DNA from: Octopus sinensis
Lineage: Eukaryota
NCBI RefSeq assembly: GCF_006345805.1
Contig: NC_042997.1
Coordinates: forward strand, 45,508,001 to 45,572,000
DNA: 64,000 nucleotides
Direction of reading: 5' to 3'
Below the pieces are notes generated by a model. That model did not search any database and had not been told where the DNA came from. It saw only the letters and a list, made by a program, of their open reading frames with translations. A program made the translations under genes and the position numbers. Shown in pieces: positions 35,140-48,779 of this stretch (positions are counted from its first letter, which is position 1; every line of letters begins with the position of its first letter).

Positions 35140-37769
35140 TGCTTGATAATTCGCAACAGATCTCCTACATTTTCACTGCATTTCAGCCCCATGAGCTAAA
35201 AGTCAGGTAACATTATCATTTAGTTCTGTTGTAAACCCCGAAGACAGCGTATGAGAAATGTCTGCTATCTCGACTAAACTGAATTCCAATATATTATTAT
35301 GGCGTTTACACGAATATAAAAAAAATGTAGGTGAAAGTTACACCTTTAGTGTGTGTGTGTGTTTGTGTGTATGTGTGTGTTTGTGTGTGTGTGTGTGGTG
35401 TGTGCGCATAACCCGTTACTCTCATACAATCAATCAACGATCTCGTCATTTTAATGAATATTTTTACATATGCTTTACCCCCATTGGCATTCGTGACGTA
35501 CGGAGTGAAATGGCAATAAACTAGCAATCAGAAACAGAAAAAAAAATAGTAATAAATAGAAAAGAAGAGGATTAAAACGAAAGAAAATAAGCAGAGCTAA
35601 ACGGAAATATATCAAACCCATATCCTCTGTGCATATACCACTAACGTTACTGAATAGACACCATTTTCAAACGCACTTATCCACCGAGTAGTGTACGTAA
35701 ATGAGAGGCATTCTGGTATGATGGATATATGCAGCGGATATAATGAATGTATCACGTCTGACTTTTACTCCACATGGAGGACATGCACTTCCATTTCAGT
35801 CATATTATTTATTATAAACAAATATATTACGAAATGTTGACGTGTTAAGATATAGGGCGAATTGAAATTAACCAACATCCACTTCAGAGGAAGTGAGATA
35901 TTCAAAGAGCAAGATTTTAGTTAACTCTATATGCTCATTCAATGACGAGACTAACATTGCGCCCATCTTAACACTAACATAGAGGTTATCGGGGGCAATT
36001 GTACACTTATCGCATTTAGAATGGGCGATAGACGTAATACCTCGCCCGTTTAACACCACTGCCAGGCAGCCTAGGAGCCTTTAGTGGAGTCTTGTTGCAA
36101 GGATTCGAGCCAAGTCTTGGAAGTCCTGTAAAGATTCATAGCGACAGCTTTTTTTTTTGTTCCATATACCTTGAAACTTTTCCTTGTAGATACTTATCAG
36201 TCCCACCGGTCTGAGAGTGGGATTGGCAAAGATCATGGGTACTGCTCTATGTTACCCTGCTTCATTTATTTAAATAGTTTACTTTGTGTATACATAAAGG
36301 TCGTTACGTATTTCGACTCGGCAAAATCAGACATTCATATATGCAATGATGTACCATAATTAACGCCTTCAAGCAGCTGGCATTTCTGATTAATTAAACC
36401 AGTGATTTATTTTATATCAAATAACTAATATTTCACGCCTACTAGAGTACAGTACATCATCTTAACGATTATCTCATCACTTCTGCATATGAGATGAAGT
36501 CAGTGCATTGCTGAGGAATATCAAATGAACCCTAAATATTTTACGGAATTGTCCCTTGTGCTTGCTGGAATAATTAGAATAATATTAGTTACAGATCTGT
36601 AATTTTTTCTCGGTGCACAAGTGTTTTATGATTAACCTCTTTGGTGATCACTGCATTAAATAACATAATATTAACTTTACTGTCTCTTACTCTTTTACTG
36701 GTTTTAGTCATTGAACTGCGGCTATGCTGGAACACCACCTTGTAGTGTTAGTCGAACAAATCGATCCCATTACATATTTATTTAGGTCTAGTACTTATTT
36801 TATCGTTCTCTTTTTGCCAGGGATGCAAACAAAAAAATACCGGTTGTCAAGTGGTGGAAGGAAGCAAACGCAAACAAATACATAAATCCAACGGACTTCC
36901 ACATAGTTTCCATCTACCAAATTTACTCACTATGTACTGGTCGACCCGAGGCTAAGTTACTGCGCCATGGAATTGGTCCTGGAACCATGTGGTTCTTACA
37001 ACATTTTAGCAATCTACCATATTTCCCGGCGTCGAAGACGCTACGTTTTTCCTAAAATGAGTCTCGAAAATCTATCATGCGTCCTGGAAGCCGAAGAAAG
37101 TTCCATATTTCATAGGTATATCCTAAATCCAGAGGAAAATTATCTATGCTAGACAGTAATCTGAACCCCTGTATATGACCGCCCAGTGAAGCGTATAAAT
37201 TATACTTTGTTAAAGTAGTAAATAAAACAAAAATATAATTTTTTTTAAATATACGCAATCACAAAATTCATTCCAGTATGGGCAGTGCATATTAAACGAG
37301 GCAACTGACGAGTGATATTTTACATGTGTATCTATTGCCGATATTATCACTTTCTTCATCAAACAACCTGACTTTAAAGGAATATTATTAACCCAATTTA
37401 ACCCACTGTCCTCATTTTAAGACAGTTGTATTTGGTTTGTTTACTGCAATAAGGGTTAATTGGACACTTCCATATGTTTGTTATCCCTATTCATATAACT
37501 ATCTTCAAAATTTCGACAGGGTTAAGTGACGAAAGAAGTAAAACTGCGGTGTGTTAAAAGGGTTTACAAGCAAATATTAATAACAATACTATCATAATCA
37601 CTCAATGTGTTGAATTCAGTTATCACTTACTCTCTGTAATAAAACGTGTTGTGTTCAGACAACAACATAGGCTTCCTCCTTGATGTCTGAAAGCCGTGGT
37701 CTTAACACATTTAAACCTGATCTGCAACTTTAGAAAATTTAAATTAAAATTTTTAGCACAACCGTTATT

Positions 37770-39000
37770 ATGGCAACTTGAAGTAGAAGATCCTCTTATG
37801 CAATCGGTTACAAGCTGCAAGTAATTGAAAATTCCAAACAGGATGGCAACAGGGCTGCAGAGAAGCAATCTGGAGCACCATCAACTGAGAAAATGATCTG
37901 CTACCGGAAGAAAGAAGATGACCTGTTGAAGCCTGCATCAGACTGCAGCTAAGTGGCCAGAACTGGAGCAAAAGACAAAGGAATGGATAGTTGCGGAAAG
38001 ATATTTGAGTCTTGCGGTATCAATAAAAATGATTATTAATTAAATCAAAAGTGAGAGCAGCAGCAGCACAAGGTCTGGATGGTTTTCGTGGCACATCAAG
38101 CTGGTGTCACACATTTATGAAGAGGCACCGACTGGCAATGAGAATGTCAACAAGAATAACACAAAAAATGCCAAAAGATAATAACAAAATAATCGAATTT
38201 CACAGGTTCATAATCAGTGCAAGAAAAGAGAGTGACTACGAACTGGGTGAGATCGGAAAAAATGAGGTGTTACTAACGTTTGATGTGGTATCAAATAGAA
38301 CAGTGGATGTTAAAAGGTCCAAAACCGTAAGTGTAAAGACATCTGGACATGAGAAAACCCATTATACTCCGGTACTATCGTGTTGTGCTGATGGAACAAA
38401 CCTGCCACCGCCTCTTATTTTCAAGAGGAAAACTTTACCAAAAGATAAAATTCTACGTGGAAATTTTGTTCACGTCTACCCAAAGGGGTGGATGGATGAA
38501 GAGAAAGTGAAGCTATGGCTAGATAAGGTCGGGTCAAGGCGTTCCGGTGGTCTCTTTAAAAAGAACTATCCCTTCTTGTGTGGGGCCAGTTTCATGCCCA
38601 CAAAACAAAGGCTATTAAAGAAAGGGTGCAGAAATTGAAACCGAAAATGACAGTGATCCCTGGTGGTTTAACAAGCCGATTACAACCACTGGACGTATCA
38701 ATCAACAAGCCTTTAACGTATTTATAAATGAAGAGTGGAATCAGTGGGCGAGAGCCAAGGACCATGACCTAACACCAACCGATCGTTTGAAAAGGCCAAC
38801 AATTGCTCAGATGCGCGAGTGGGTCCTGAAATCATGGAACGCTGTGAAAATTGAAGCAGTATTAAAATCTTTAAAACAAACTGACATTAGTAATACATTA
38901 GATGGCACAGAAGATGACATTTTGTTTGAAGATAGTAACACGTTGGACAATATTGACCACCTTGATGATTTTTCTGGTTTTGGGGCTATGGATCACTGCA
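37770..39000 (+). pseudogene. Disrupted pogo transposase (Brinker-like DBD, CENP-B HTH, DDE_1)
   Basis: RRSSYAIGYKLQVI..GNRAAEKQ; KWPELEQ; SWCHTFMKRH; TSGHEKTHYTPVLSCCADGT; KGWMDEE; VWGQF; VIPGGLTSRLQPLDVSINKP. Stops, frameshifts and two catalytic Asp lost. Confidence 0.92.
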
Positions 39001-39944
39001 GTTAGTTTTCAGGATTTGAAGAGTGAAATATTTCCTTATACTCGCACGTTTAAGATCTGCAAACACATTTTAATCCTTTCCACTGTAATTTAATTGTAAT
39101 GTTTGTTTTGTCATGTCCGCGTGAAAGTTTTACAAATAGTAATAACGTGAAATATTTACAGGATTTCAAGATGAAAATAGGTTTTCTTATTTGTAATATT
39201 TCAGTTGTGCAGATTTTAATCTTTGTTCTGCTTTTATTTTGTTCTATTTGGAATGTCATGTTTGTGTGGTACTTCTATGAATGATAGCAATATGCAAAAT
39301 ATTTTCAGGATTTTATAATTGAAATGTTTTTTATTGGTAATCTACATTTTATTTTTATTTTGTTATTTCGGATGTCATGTTCATGTGGTATTTTTACAAA
39401 ATATAACTGTGCAATAAAATGTTATTCCGTATTTCTCACAATAATTTTCCTTTTGTGGAGTTTAACTTTTCCTTTGTCTGAGACGAAAAACATATTGTAT
39501 AAGTATACATCCAATACTACCAAAATCTGAGAATACTGCACCAGCTGTGGCCCCGTCCACTTGCATGAACTGGCCAAAAAGCTTCCTGATGAAACTCATG
39601 AATATAAAAATCATTGCTGGGCCGAACAGTGGGTATCGTAGTGCAGGAGTGGATCCAGAAATTTCTAGTGGAGGGTGGATCTGAGGTCTGATTTATTGCA
39701 ACTAATCAATGAAATGACGGTGTAATATGTTCAGAGATACTGAAAAAATTCATTTTTATAATGAACCCTTCAACGGTTGTTTATTGCTAGTACAAAAATA
39801 TGCTTTCTATCATCTATCTTTAAACAAAGCATTCAAATTTGAAAGTTTCTTGGTTCGTGGTGGGTATGTATTCCTCTACATTCCTCGGAATACATCCCTG
39901 TCATAGGGTAGTTTCAGCATTACAGTGGGTACATAACAGCAGTG

Positions 39945-40094
39945 GCTGTGTGGTAAGTAGCTTGCTAACCAACCTCATGGTTCTGGGTTCAGTCCCACTG
40001 CGTGGTATCTTGGGCAAGTGTCTTCTACATAGCCTCGGGCCGACCAATGCCTTGTGAGTTGATTTGGTAGACAGAAACTGAAAGAAGCCCGTCG

Positions 40095-40171
<77 letters not shown>

Positions 40172-40382
40172 GTGTGTGTGTGTGTTTGTGTCTGTTTTGT
40201 TCCTCTAACATCGCTTAACAACCGATGCTAGTGTTTACGTCCCCATAACTTAGCTGTTCGGCAAAAGTGACCAATAGAATAAGTACTAGGCTTACAAGGA
40301 ATAAGTCCTGGGGTCGATTTGCTCGACTAAAGGCGGCGCTCCAGCATGGCCGCAGTCAAATGATTGAAACAAATAAAAGAAT
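39945..40382 (+). mobile_element. Family B SINE nested in the pogo element
   Basis: Family B consensus with long internal (TA)n(TG)n. Confidence 0.9.
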
Positions 40383-41980
40383 ATCATGTCTCTGTACTGA
40401 CGGTCCCACAAAATAAATTGGTAAGGTAAACGAGTGCTGCCTTTTGTTAGTTTCACAGACGCGAGTGTGGGGTCACAACGGCAGACAGTTAGGGTTAGCC
40501 AACGTAAGGGATAGTGCAAATAAGTGTTAGACGAACAGCTAAAATAAATGCTAGGAACATTTTAAGTGGCGTGCTGGAGGTTACAGTGATGTTTTTTCTT
40601 TTTCATTGCATCTGTAATGGTAACAAAACCCGAAGTGCCGGGCCTTTATTTTTATGTTTATTATTTCTTTTTTCAAATTTTTGGCTGTCAAAATTAGGGT
40701 GCGTCCTCGAGGACGAAGCGTCTTTGATACCAGGAAATATGTTAAATAAATGTATTATTTACCATTCCTATATAATATTCATCGTGTGTTTTAAATCTAA
40801 ATAACAGTTAACCTAGACATAGTCAATAGCTTTTTCAGTCTGAACTTTACTAGACTATAAAAATCAAACATTTCCAGTGCTTGCCTGGCTAGCGAGGTAC
40901 ACATCCCCAACAAAATGAGCTTGACTTTCTTAAGCAGATCTGTTTATAGATAACAAGTTTATATATTGGTTACAATTGACATAAGCAAATTAAAACTACC
41001 TTTCTTCTTCAGCTTTCCATTTCTTCGTAAATTCCCAGCATATATGAAAGGTTACTGGAATGAACATAATTTGGTTGACTCTGGATTAAGCTTCTAAGTA
41101 GGAGAAATGGTTTTACTATGTCTGTTGAATGTAGCGTTGCAAATAATTATGCAATCTTCGTATCTCTAGAAGTATTTACAAAGACGTTAACAAGCGCTGT
41201 CTCACAGTGTAAGATAATTATGTCGCAGTGAATAAGAATCAGTTTTGTGTCCTTACGGACACAAAGAGTCTTGTAAACATATTTTGCTAAAATAAAACCA
41301 TCAAAATTGGAATTTATAAGAAGTTTGTAGATAGTGTAGATTTTAATAATTGTTATATTTCATGAAAGTTACATGCTCCAAACTAATTAATATGCAGCTT
41401 TTTTTAATATTATAGAATAGATGACACCAGTAAAAATATCTTAAGCATGGCCTTAACGTTTAGTATTTATTGCAGAACGTGTCCGTAGGTATCTTCTCTC
41501 TTGGTCTTACTTCCAATGCTATTGCACAAAGATAACTGATATTTTCCTAATACGAATATTTATTTACTGCATGTTCTTATATGTAAATTAAATTTTACAG
41601 ATACACACACATATATAAACAGACATACACACATATGCATTATATATATATACGCACACACGCGCGCACATACATATGTATGTACATTTTGCTAAAAAAT
41701 TATCAATATTGGATTTATAAGAATTTTGTAGACAGTGTGGACTTTAATAATTGCCATATTTGCATGAAAGTTATATGCTCCAAATTATTTACTAAGCAGC
41801 TTTTTTATATTATAGTGACTGCCTCATTAAGACACGTTTATTCTTTTCTTTCTACTCTTTCTCTCATTGTTTATCCTTTCCGTATGCCCCAAAACTTTAA
41901 AGGCTTCTTCCAGTTTTCCTGAGCGTCAACCTAATACATTCTGCTTGGTTTTTATTTTGTCTTTGTGTTTATTATTTCTC

Positions 41981-42025
<45 letters not shown>

Positions 42026-42027
<2 letters not shown>

Positions 42028-42158
42028 TAGTTGAATGAATTATCTTAGTATGGAAATTCGGTTAACCGATACCTGGGTAGCAAATTCACGTCAAATAACA
42101 CGGTTGAAGCTACATGCCAAGGGCAGAGATCACGTGCTTTCGTGTGGAAATTTCTTTC

Positions 42159-42159
<1 letters not shown>
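42026..42159. mobile_element. Second family I copy between (TA)n runs, lacking the hairpin
   Basis: AGTAG.TGAATGAATTATC...ACCTGGGTAGCAAATTCACGTCA shared with 21557-21780. Confidence 0.7.
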
Positions 42160-42202
<43 letters not shown>

Positions 42203-42217
42203 ATACATATATATATA

Positions 42218-42455
42218 AAGGATAAAGATCCTTCCCGAGTCATAAAGTCATACGGGTGGTTTCCCGGGTTCCGGGTCGTATATGCTTCCTACTGGACGGG
42301 ACGCCGGTCCGTCGTAGGATTGCTTATTTTACCAACTGAGTAGCCTTGAACAACGTGAAGTGAAGTGTTTTGCTCAAGAACACAACGTGTCGCCCGGTTA
42401 AGGAATCGAAACCACAATCTTACGATCATGGGGCTAATAACCTTACCACTAAACA
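42218..42455 (-). mobile_element. Family D-related SINE
   Basis: rc: GGTTTCGATTCC B box, GTGTTCTTGAGCAAAACACTTCAC. Confidence 0.8.
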
Positions 42456-43105
42456 ACACGCACACATAATGCAACTATTACATAAAGATACGTGCATATA
42501 TGCATATATCATCATTTAACGTTTATATATATGTGTGTGTGTGTGAATATGTATATGCATATGTATTTGTATATGCATATATGTATATACATAAATAAGG
42601 GTAGAGAGGGTGAGGAGGAGTAAAAGAATACATACACAGACACAAACAGCTTCAGAAGAAAACTCAGCTCTTGTTGGGTCGTTTATCGTTTTTTTCTTTT
42701 TCTCACATCCTAAATTGGAAGTGACTACCGATAAATGCTAGCCTCATTAACTTCACATCATGCCACAGGACAAGGATGAAGTTAAGTGTAACTTCTATTT
42801 TTTTCATGTTTACGATAAAATTAATCCAATTTCCTTTCTCGCAGGTCAATACCGGCTGTCGTTTTCGAAAATAAACTTAGTATTTAAAATGTGACTAATG
42901 ATTCGAGAGAGCAACATACACACACACCTGTAGAAAGAGTGTCAGGCGATGCAGAGACGCGGAAAAAGGGTAAGAAGAGTGTGTGACTGATAGATAAATA
43001 GACAGACAGGCACGAGAACCTGACTCATGTGTGTTTTCCCTGTCACTCATTTTTATTTCTTTTCCTCTCTTCCTTCTGTTCTCAGTTTTCCCTAGACTTG
43101 CTCTT

Positions 43106-43143
43106 AGTATCCGACGAAGGACTATATCCGAAACGTTACACTG
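43106..43143 (+). ncRNA. Minimal type-I hammerhead motif (Penelope-type), core variant CCGACGA
   Basis: AGTAT CCGACGA A GGA CTATA TCC GAA ACGT T ACACT: stem II 3 bp, palindromic ACGT stem III, stem I 4/5 pairs. Confidence 0.65.
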
Positions 43144-43639
43144 TTACGCTATATATCTTTCCTCTCTTGGAGAGCAAAGATTAAACAACTGGAAAGTGAA
43201 AGTGATGATCCATGGGCAATACCACAGAGAAATGGAAAGGAAAGACAACAACAACACTTGAAGAAAAGTGATCTGAAAAAATGCACTGAGGCATTGATAC
43301 ATAGCGTTGTGGGGACATTGAAAACAAAAACCAGGCTTGAGGGATTTGTAGGAGAAATTAGGATTGAGATGAGTGACAGAACGTGCTCAGAAAACTTATT
43401 TCTTGAGGACAGCGCGGATTTTGTGATTGATATTTAGATGTTGGAAGAAGAGCCCGTGAGATCCTTGACAACTTGGTAGCTATCTGCTGTTACAGAAATA
43501 GCTGGAATAAGAGAAATCAAGAGTTTTGAATAGGCACAAGGCCTAAACTTTGGGGGAAGCAAACTAACCGATTAAATCGACTCCAGTACTCAAGTGAATA
43601 CAGAAAACCAGTTAGCTTTGTACAGATCAGACTGAAATA

Positions 43640-43690
<51 letters not shown>

Positions 43691-44199
43691 GAGAGAGAGA
43701 GAGAGGAGAGAGAAGGAGAGGAGAGAGAGAGAGAGAGAGAAATTCAGGTACAACTTGGTATTTAAATGCTACAAGTAAATAAATAAGCATGCATAGATTT
43801 AGCTGTTTGCTTATTGTTAAATCTCGGGAACGAAACAAGATGATGATTAACGAAGCAAAGGATTAAGAAACGAAGATTGCCAACATCCACAAGTAATATA
43901 ACAACAACAACAGGTTATTAAATCTGCCTCAAATAAGTTAGCCATGTCCTCGAACAAACTGCGTAGAATCACCCCCACCCCTTTCTTCAGAACTAAACCT
44001 AACAGAAACAATCTAAATCCCATTTAGTGATTAGTATGTCGTCAAGCAACAATTAGCGAAGTACATTCATAAACACACAATCGCATATAAATACACATAT
44101 ATACACATCTGCGTCTATGGCAATATCTCGTCAGACCGATACTTATATTTGGCTGTTAGAGTTCTTTAATTTGTGTTCATATGAATATATATATATGTT

Positions 44200-44427
44200 T
44201 CTTTATTACCCACAAGGGGCTAGACATAGAGGGGAAAAACAAGGACAGACAAATGGATTAAGTCGATACATCGACCCCAGTGCGTAACTGGTACTTAATT
44301 TATCGACCCCCGAAAGGATGAAAGGCAAAGCCTACCTCGGCGGAATTTGAACTCAGAACGTAACGGCAGACGAAATACGGCAACGCATTTCGCCCGGCGT
44401 GCTAACCATTCTGCCAGCTCGCCACTT
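44200..44427 (-). mobile_element. Family A2 SINE, well preserved
   Basis: Near-consensus, CpGs intact. Confidence 0.9.
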
Positions 44428-44502
44428 TCATGTGTTCATATGAATATATAATCTGAAGGTGTGTGTATGTGTTATACTTTTACAAGAAGAGTGGTAACAG
44501 TG

Positions 44503-44543
44503 ACTTTAGAGTTTCGGCCTGCTTGCCTTCATCGGACTATCAG
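44503..44543 (-). ncRNA. Decayed minimal hammerhead motif, core variant CCGATGA
   Basis: TGATAGT CCGATGA A GGC AAGCAG GCC GAAA CTCT AAAGTCA; stems I and III degraded. Confidence 0.45.
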
Positions 44544-44671
44544 ACTGAAACTTCGGAGTCATTGTCACCACTTTTCTGGTAAACGTATAATAAATGTGCT
44601 CCACAGAAAGTATCCTTCAGTTTAAAGTAAAATTGTTTTATTTTATAACTCGACATTAAAAACAAACATTA

Positions 44672-44717
<46 letters not shown>

Positions 44718-45380
44718 TGTGCGCGCGCGTGTGTGTGTGTTCCTTGAGATGATCAGGTCACAGGAACTCCACTAAACCTGGTATTTGGAATGCTGTCAAG
44801 CACTCATGACCCTTTACCAGTCGAACAAAAGATGGCGTTTTATACAGAGCGCTAGCGGTGGAGAAACAGCAGCAATGTTCTCGGATTGTCTGTCAACCGA
44901 TTGTCACCTGTTTAAACGAAAATTCGAGCTTCAATACATAGGAAATATTCCATAGAACATTCATTCACTGGTACTGTGGAAGCTTACTGAGATGTAGAAA
45001 AAAAAAAAAACTCGATGTACGCAACTGAAACAGCAACACATTGAAATCGCCGTTTGTGTATCAAACTAAATGTATACGCTACAGAGAAATGATGCACACA
45101 AGTAATATAATAAAAACACATAAATAAAAAAAAAAGCAACTCAAATACAGTTTTTGAGCAGTAATATTTTATGTAGTTGTTGGTTGTGGCTGGTCAAAAA
45201 GTTACTACTTCTGACGTGAAACCAATGCCAGCTTTCTGACAAGGCATAACCAACAATTACATTATACACACACACACGAATATATATATGAATATGGTTC
45301 GTATGTGAGTTTTTATTTATGTATTAAGTTGTTAATTTTATATGCTGTTCAACCGGATTCTAACGTTCAAAACTAAAAAA

Positions 45381-45885
45381 TGTTAAATAAACGAGTAATC
45401 CGAATTTAGGTGTATAATCCGCATTTCTCCCCAAAATTTAAAGGTCAAAATCCCTAGTGCGTACTATATACGAGGTTAAAAATGAAAATTATTTTCTAAG
45501 CAATGTCCGAGTTTCCATTTGCTGTCCGACAATGTTTATTCAGATGCATTTGTGATGTAGGGCGCGATGAAAGCAATGAAGTCATAAAAAATCATCCATA
45601 AATTGCAGTAAGCAAATATTATTAAACGTTATTACTGTTATTTCTTTATTTTTCTGCAAACAAATGCACAAAGAGTACACGTTTGCATTATGTATATATA
45701 CAATAATAATAAGGGACGTTACCGTATACAGTTTACAAACAAGAGGCGTTATATAGACCTCCTTGACTCAAGTTAGAGAAGGGGTGCGTATTATACACAA
45801 GGTTTAGGCCTTTCAGGTGTACAGTACCCTAAAAGTCCCCTACGTATTATACTCAAGGGCGGACTATACTCGAGGATTTACGGTA
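45381..45885. mobile_element. About 500-bp pogo/Tc2-like MITE
   Basis: Right end CGGACTATACTCGAGGATTTACGG|TA with doubled subterminal motif; left end diverged (CGAGTAATCCG...GTGTATAATCCGC). Confidence 0.7.
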
Positions 45886-46448
45886 AAAGGAAAGCGGTAT
45901 TTTTATAAGCTTGTCCAGAACGACTATACTTGTTTTCAGACTTCGAGTTAGCCCTTATGTCATACGTTATGAGTACTAGAAAGCTTTCCTTTCATATGTC
46001 CCAAGTTACTCTGGAGGTTAGCAAAATTTGGACATAAGTGTCGTATAAAATAGACAGACGCCAGGGCAATATTGCCCGTACAGTTTAACACGTGTGAAAA
46101 GCGCAGGACAGGCAAAAGGTTCTGAAGAGGACTCGTTGAATAAAGTAGTATTGGATTCGTTGTACATAGAGGGTAAATAAATACGAGTCGGTCCCTGGTG
46201 GTGTACTTTTGATCATAGGTCAGTTTTGATCAGTGTTGACACAGGATGGCTAAGCAACAACATTAACAATAAGGAAACGAGAAGTTGGTCAACTTGAGTG
46301 GATGAGATCAGTAAAACGAAAAGGAAATTTTTTTGATTTCACCCACAGATTATTTGAAATGGATTAAACAGCTAAATAGACGGCGTAGTATTTATTTATG
46401 TCAAACACAAATAGCAGTAATAGGATTGACTCACAACCAACAATTATA

Positions 46449-46480
<32 letters not shown>

Positions 46481-46810
46481 TACCTGAAAGTCGTGATTCG
46501 TCTCTCTTCCTACTCCTCCCTTACAACCCATTAGTCACGGAGGCGCAGCAAAGAGTGCAAAGGTCATATGCGTTGCATTTCCTCTTTTGATAAATTTGTG
46601 CGCGCGTGCGTGTGTATGTATGTATATATGGATAAATTAAGAAATGGAAACAAAATTTATCCTTTATACAAAAACATTTCACTTAACCCTGGAATTACTA
46701 CTTTTATAAGTAAGCTGTAATATCCTTGGCACTTATGTGAATTTTTGCTACTCTGGTAACTATTTATTTATTATTTTCCTTGTTATTTGTAAACATTGAA
46801 ACACACACAC

Positions 46811-46877
<67 letters not shown>

Positions 46878-47019
46878 ATATATACACGCACACACACAGA
46901 GTGGATTGACACGCATGTACCGAAGGCAATGTAATCTTTATCTACCTGAGAAAGAGAATTAATCATTGAAGGTGCACAACCACTGTATAGGTAGTCGATG
47001 CAAAATGGCTGTCTACGTG

Positions 47020-47207
47020 AATCCTTTCTACTACAGGCACAAAGCCTGAAATTTGGGGGAAGGAGATGACTTGATTGCATCGACCCCAGTGCGTAACTGG
47101 TACTTAATTTATCGACTCTGACGGCATTTGAACTTGGAACATGAAGACACGAAATACGGCTAAGCGTTTTGCCCGGCGTGCTAACGATTCTGGCAGCTCA
47201 ACGCCTT
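47020..47207 (-). mobile_element. Family A SINE with internal deletion
   Basis: Family A motifs. Confidence 0.85.
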
Positions 47208-47255
47208 ACTGTCTACGTGAATCAAGCAAACAAGAATGAACCTCAAATACTCTCC

Positions 47256-47349
<94 letters not shown>

Positions 47350-47354
<5 letters not shown>

Positions 47355-47490
47355 TCAAATCGGAAATGTATTAGTTTTGATGCTCAGTAAAAAGAGAGAG
47401 CTTTTGACATTTTGAGCATGGCTCTTCGTCAGGAAAGGAAAACGGAAAAGCCCAGAGAAGGAAAGAAAAATCACCAACAGCGTGTGTAGT
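47350..47490 (-). mobile_element. Penelope-like pseudo-LTR with CpG-decayed hammerhead (47401-47437)
   Basis: CTTTC CTGACGA A GAGC CAT GCTC AAAA TGT C AAAAG; restoring two CpGs gives GAA ACGT C. Confidence 0.7.
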
Positions 47491-48110
47491 TGTGTGTAGT
47501 TACATTATGTGTGTGTGTGTGTCTGTGTGTGTGTGATGGAATATTACAAGTTAAGTGTAGTGCATTTAAGGTCGATTGTTCCCGGTTGTTTAATTCCCAT
47601 AAAATATAACGCGTGTGTGTGTGTGTGTCCGTGTGTCCATGCACTGAAGCCTCGTTTTAATAGACTAATATAGGAGGAAAGGTGAGTCTGTTAATGCCGA
47701 ATGTCCGTTAACTCGACAGTAACTTAAGGTCTATTGTTTATTGTTTCTAGTGTTAATTAAACAGAAAAAGAGCTCCAATACTCCATGCACTGGTGCACAA
47801 TATAAAATAATAATACAATCTGACCGCATGGTGATTCTGAGGCTGAAAGAGACCGGAAATAAGACTTTCCCACGCTTCCCAAGATCAATACGAACTTCTA
47901 GTCAATGCATGCGTCCACACATGCGCAGACAACAGGCTCGATCATATACAAATGCGTATATAATTCTACACTTCTTTTTGAAACTCAGTTTCAAGCAACA
48001 AGGAAATCGTTGCACGTTCAGTTGACGTGCTAGAAAAAAACTTCAAAATATCCTTTGATTAAAACCCGACATCTTGGAGTGAATATATATTAGATATATA
48101 TATATATATC

Positions 48111-48143
<33 letters not shown>

Positions 48144-48269
48144 ATATATTAAATTATCTAATGTATAATATATATAATATATATGTATATATATGTATAT
48201 ATATATATATATATGTATATATATGTATATATAGATATATATAATATATATATATATATGTATATTATC

Positions 48270-48309
<40 letters not shown>

Positions 48310-48325
48310 ATATATTATATGTATA

Positions 48326-48395
<70 letters not shown>

Positions 48396-48420
48396 ACACA
48401 TACATACATATACACACACA

Positions 48421-48736
48421 CAGGCACAATGGCCCAGTGGTTCGAGTAGCCGTATCGCGGTCTTGAGCGATGACACGTAAAGCACCACAAGGCTCTGGCA
48501 AGGAGTAGTAGTGGCGAACTCTGCTGTACTCTTTCTCTCACTCTTTCTTCTGGTTTCTGTTGTACCTGTATTTCAAAGGGCCAGCTTCTCACACTCTGTG
48601 TCACGCTGAATCTCCCCGAGAAGGGTACGGGTGTCTGCAGAGTGCTCAGCTACTTGCACGTGAATTACACGAGAAGGCTGTAACATGGATCGGATCAACT
48701 GGAACCCTAGTCGTCGTAACCGACGGAGTGCCACAA
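48421..48736 (+). mobile_element. Family F SINE, tail type 2
   Basis: Collinear with the reverse complement of 4069-4438, with short deletions. Confidence 0.85.
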
Positions 48737-48779
48737 TATGAGTATTATATACACATATAATACTATATATGTATATTTT

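Larger units (their letters stand above)
37017..40742 (+). mobile_element. Full-length pogo-superfamily transposon (POGK/Passer-like), TA TSDs, secondary SINE insertion
   Basis: Left TA|CCATATTTCCCGGCGTCGAAGACGCTACG and rc right TA|ACATATTTCCTGGTATCAAAGACGCTTCG match at 25/31 positions, mostly transitions. Confidence 0.85.

Noticed and set aside
35843-36056. Possible TIR pair GTGTTAA...GGGCGA
   Set aside because: Arms too short and unequal, and no clear TSD.
36200-36248. Plus-strand exon after a strong acceptor (ILISPTGLRVGLAKIM)
   Set aside because: Weak donor GTACTG and no partner exons found.
34840-39610. CTGATGAAAC at about 34846 and 39586 as hammerhead cores
   Set aside because: No stem II or GAAA follows; the first is an internal Helitron motif.
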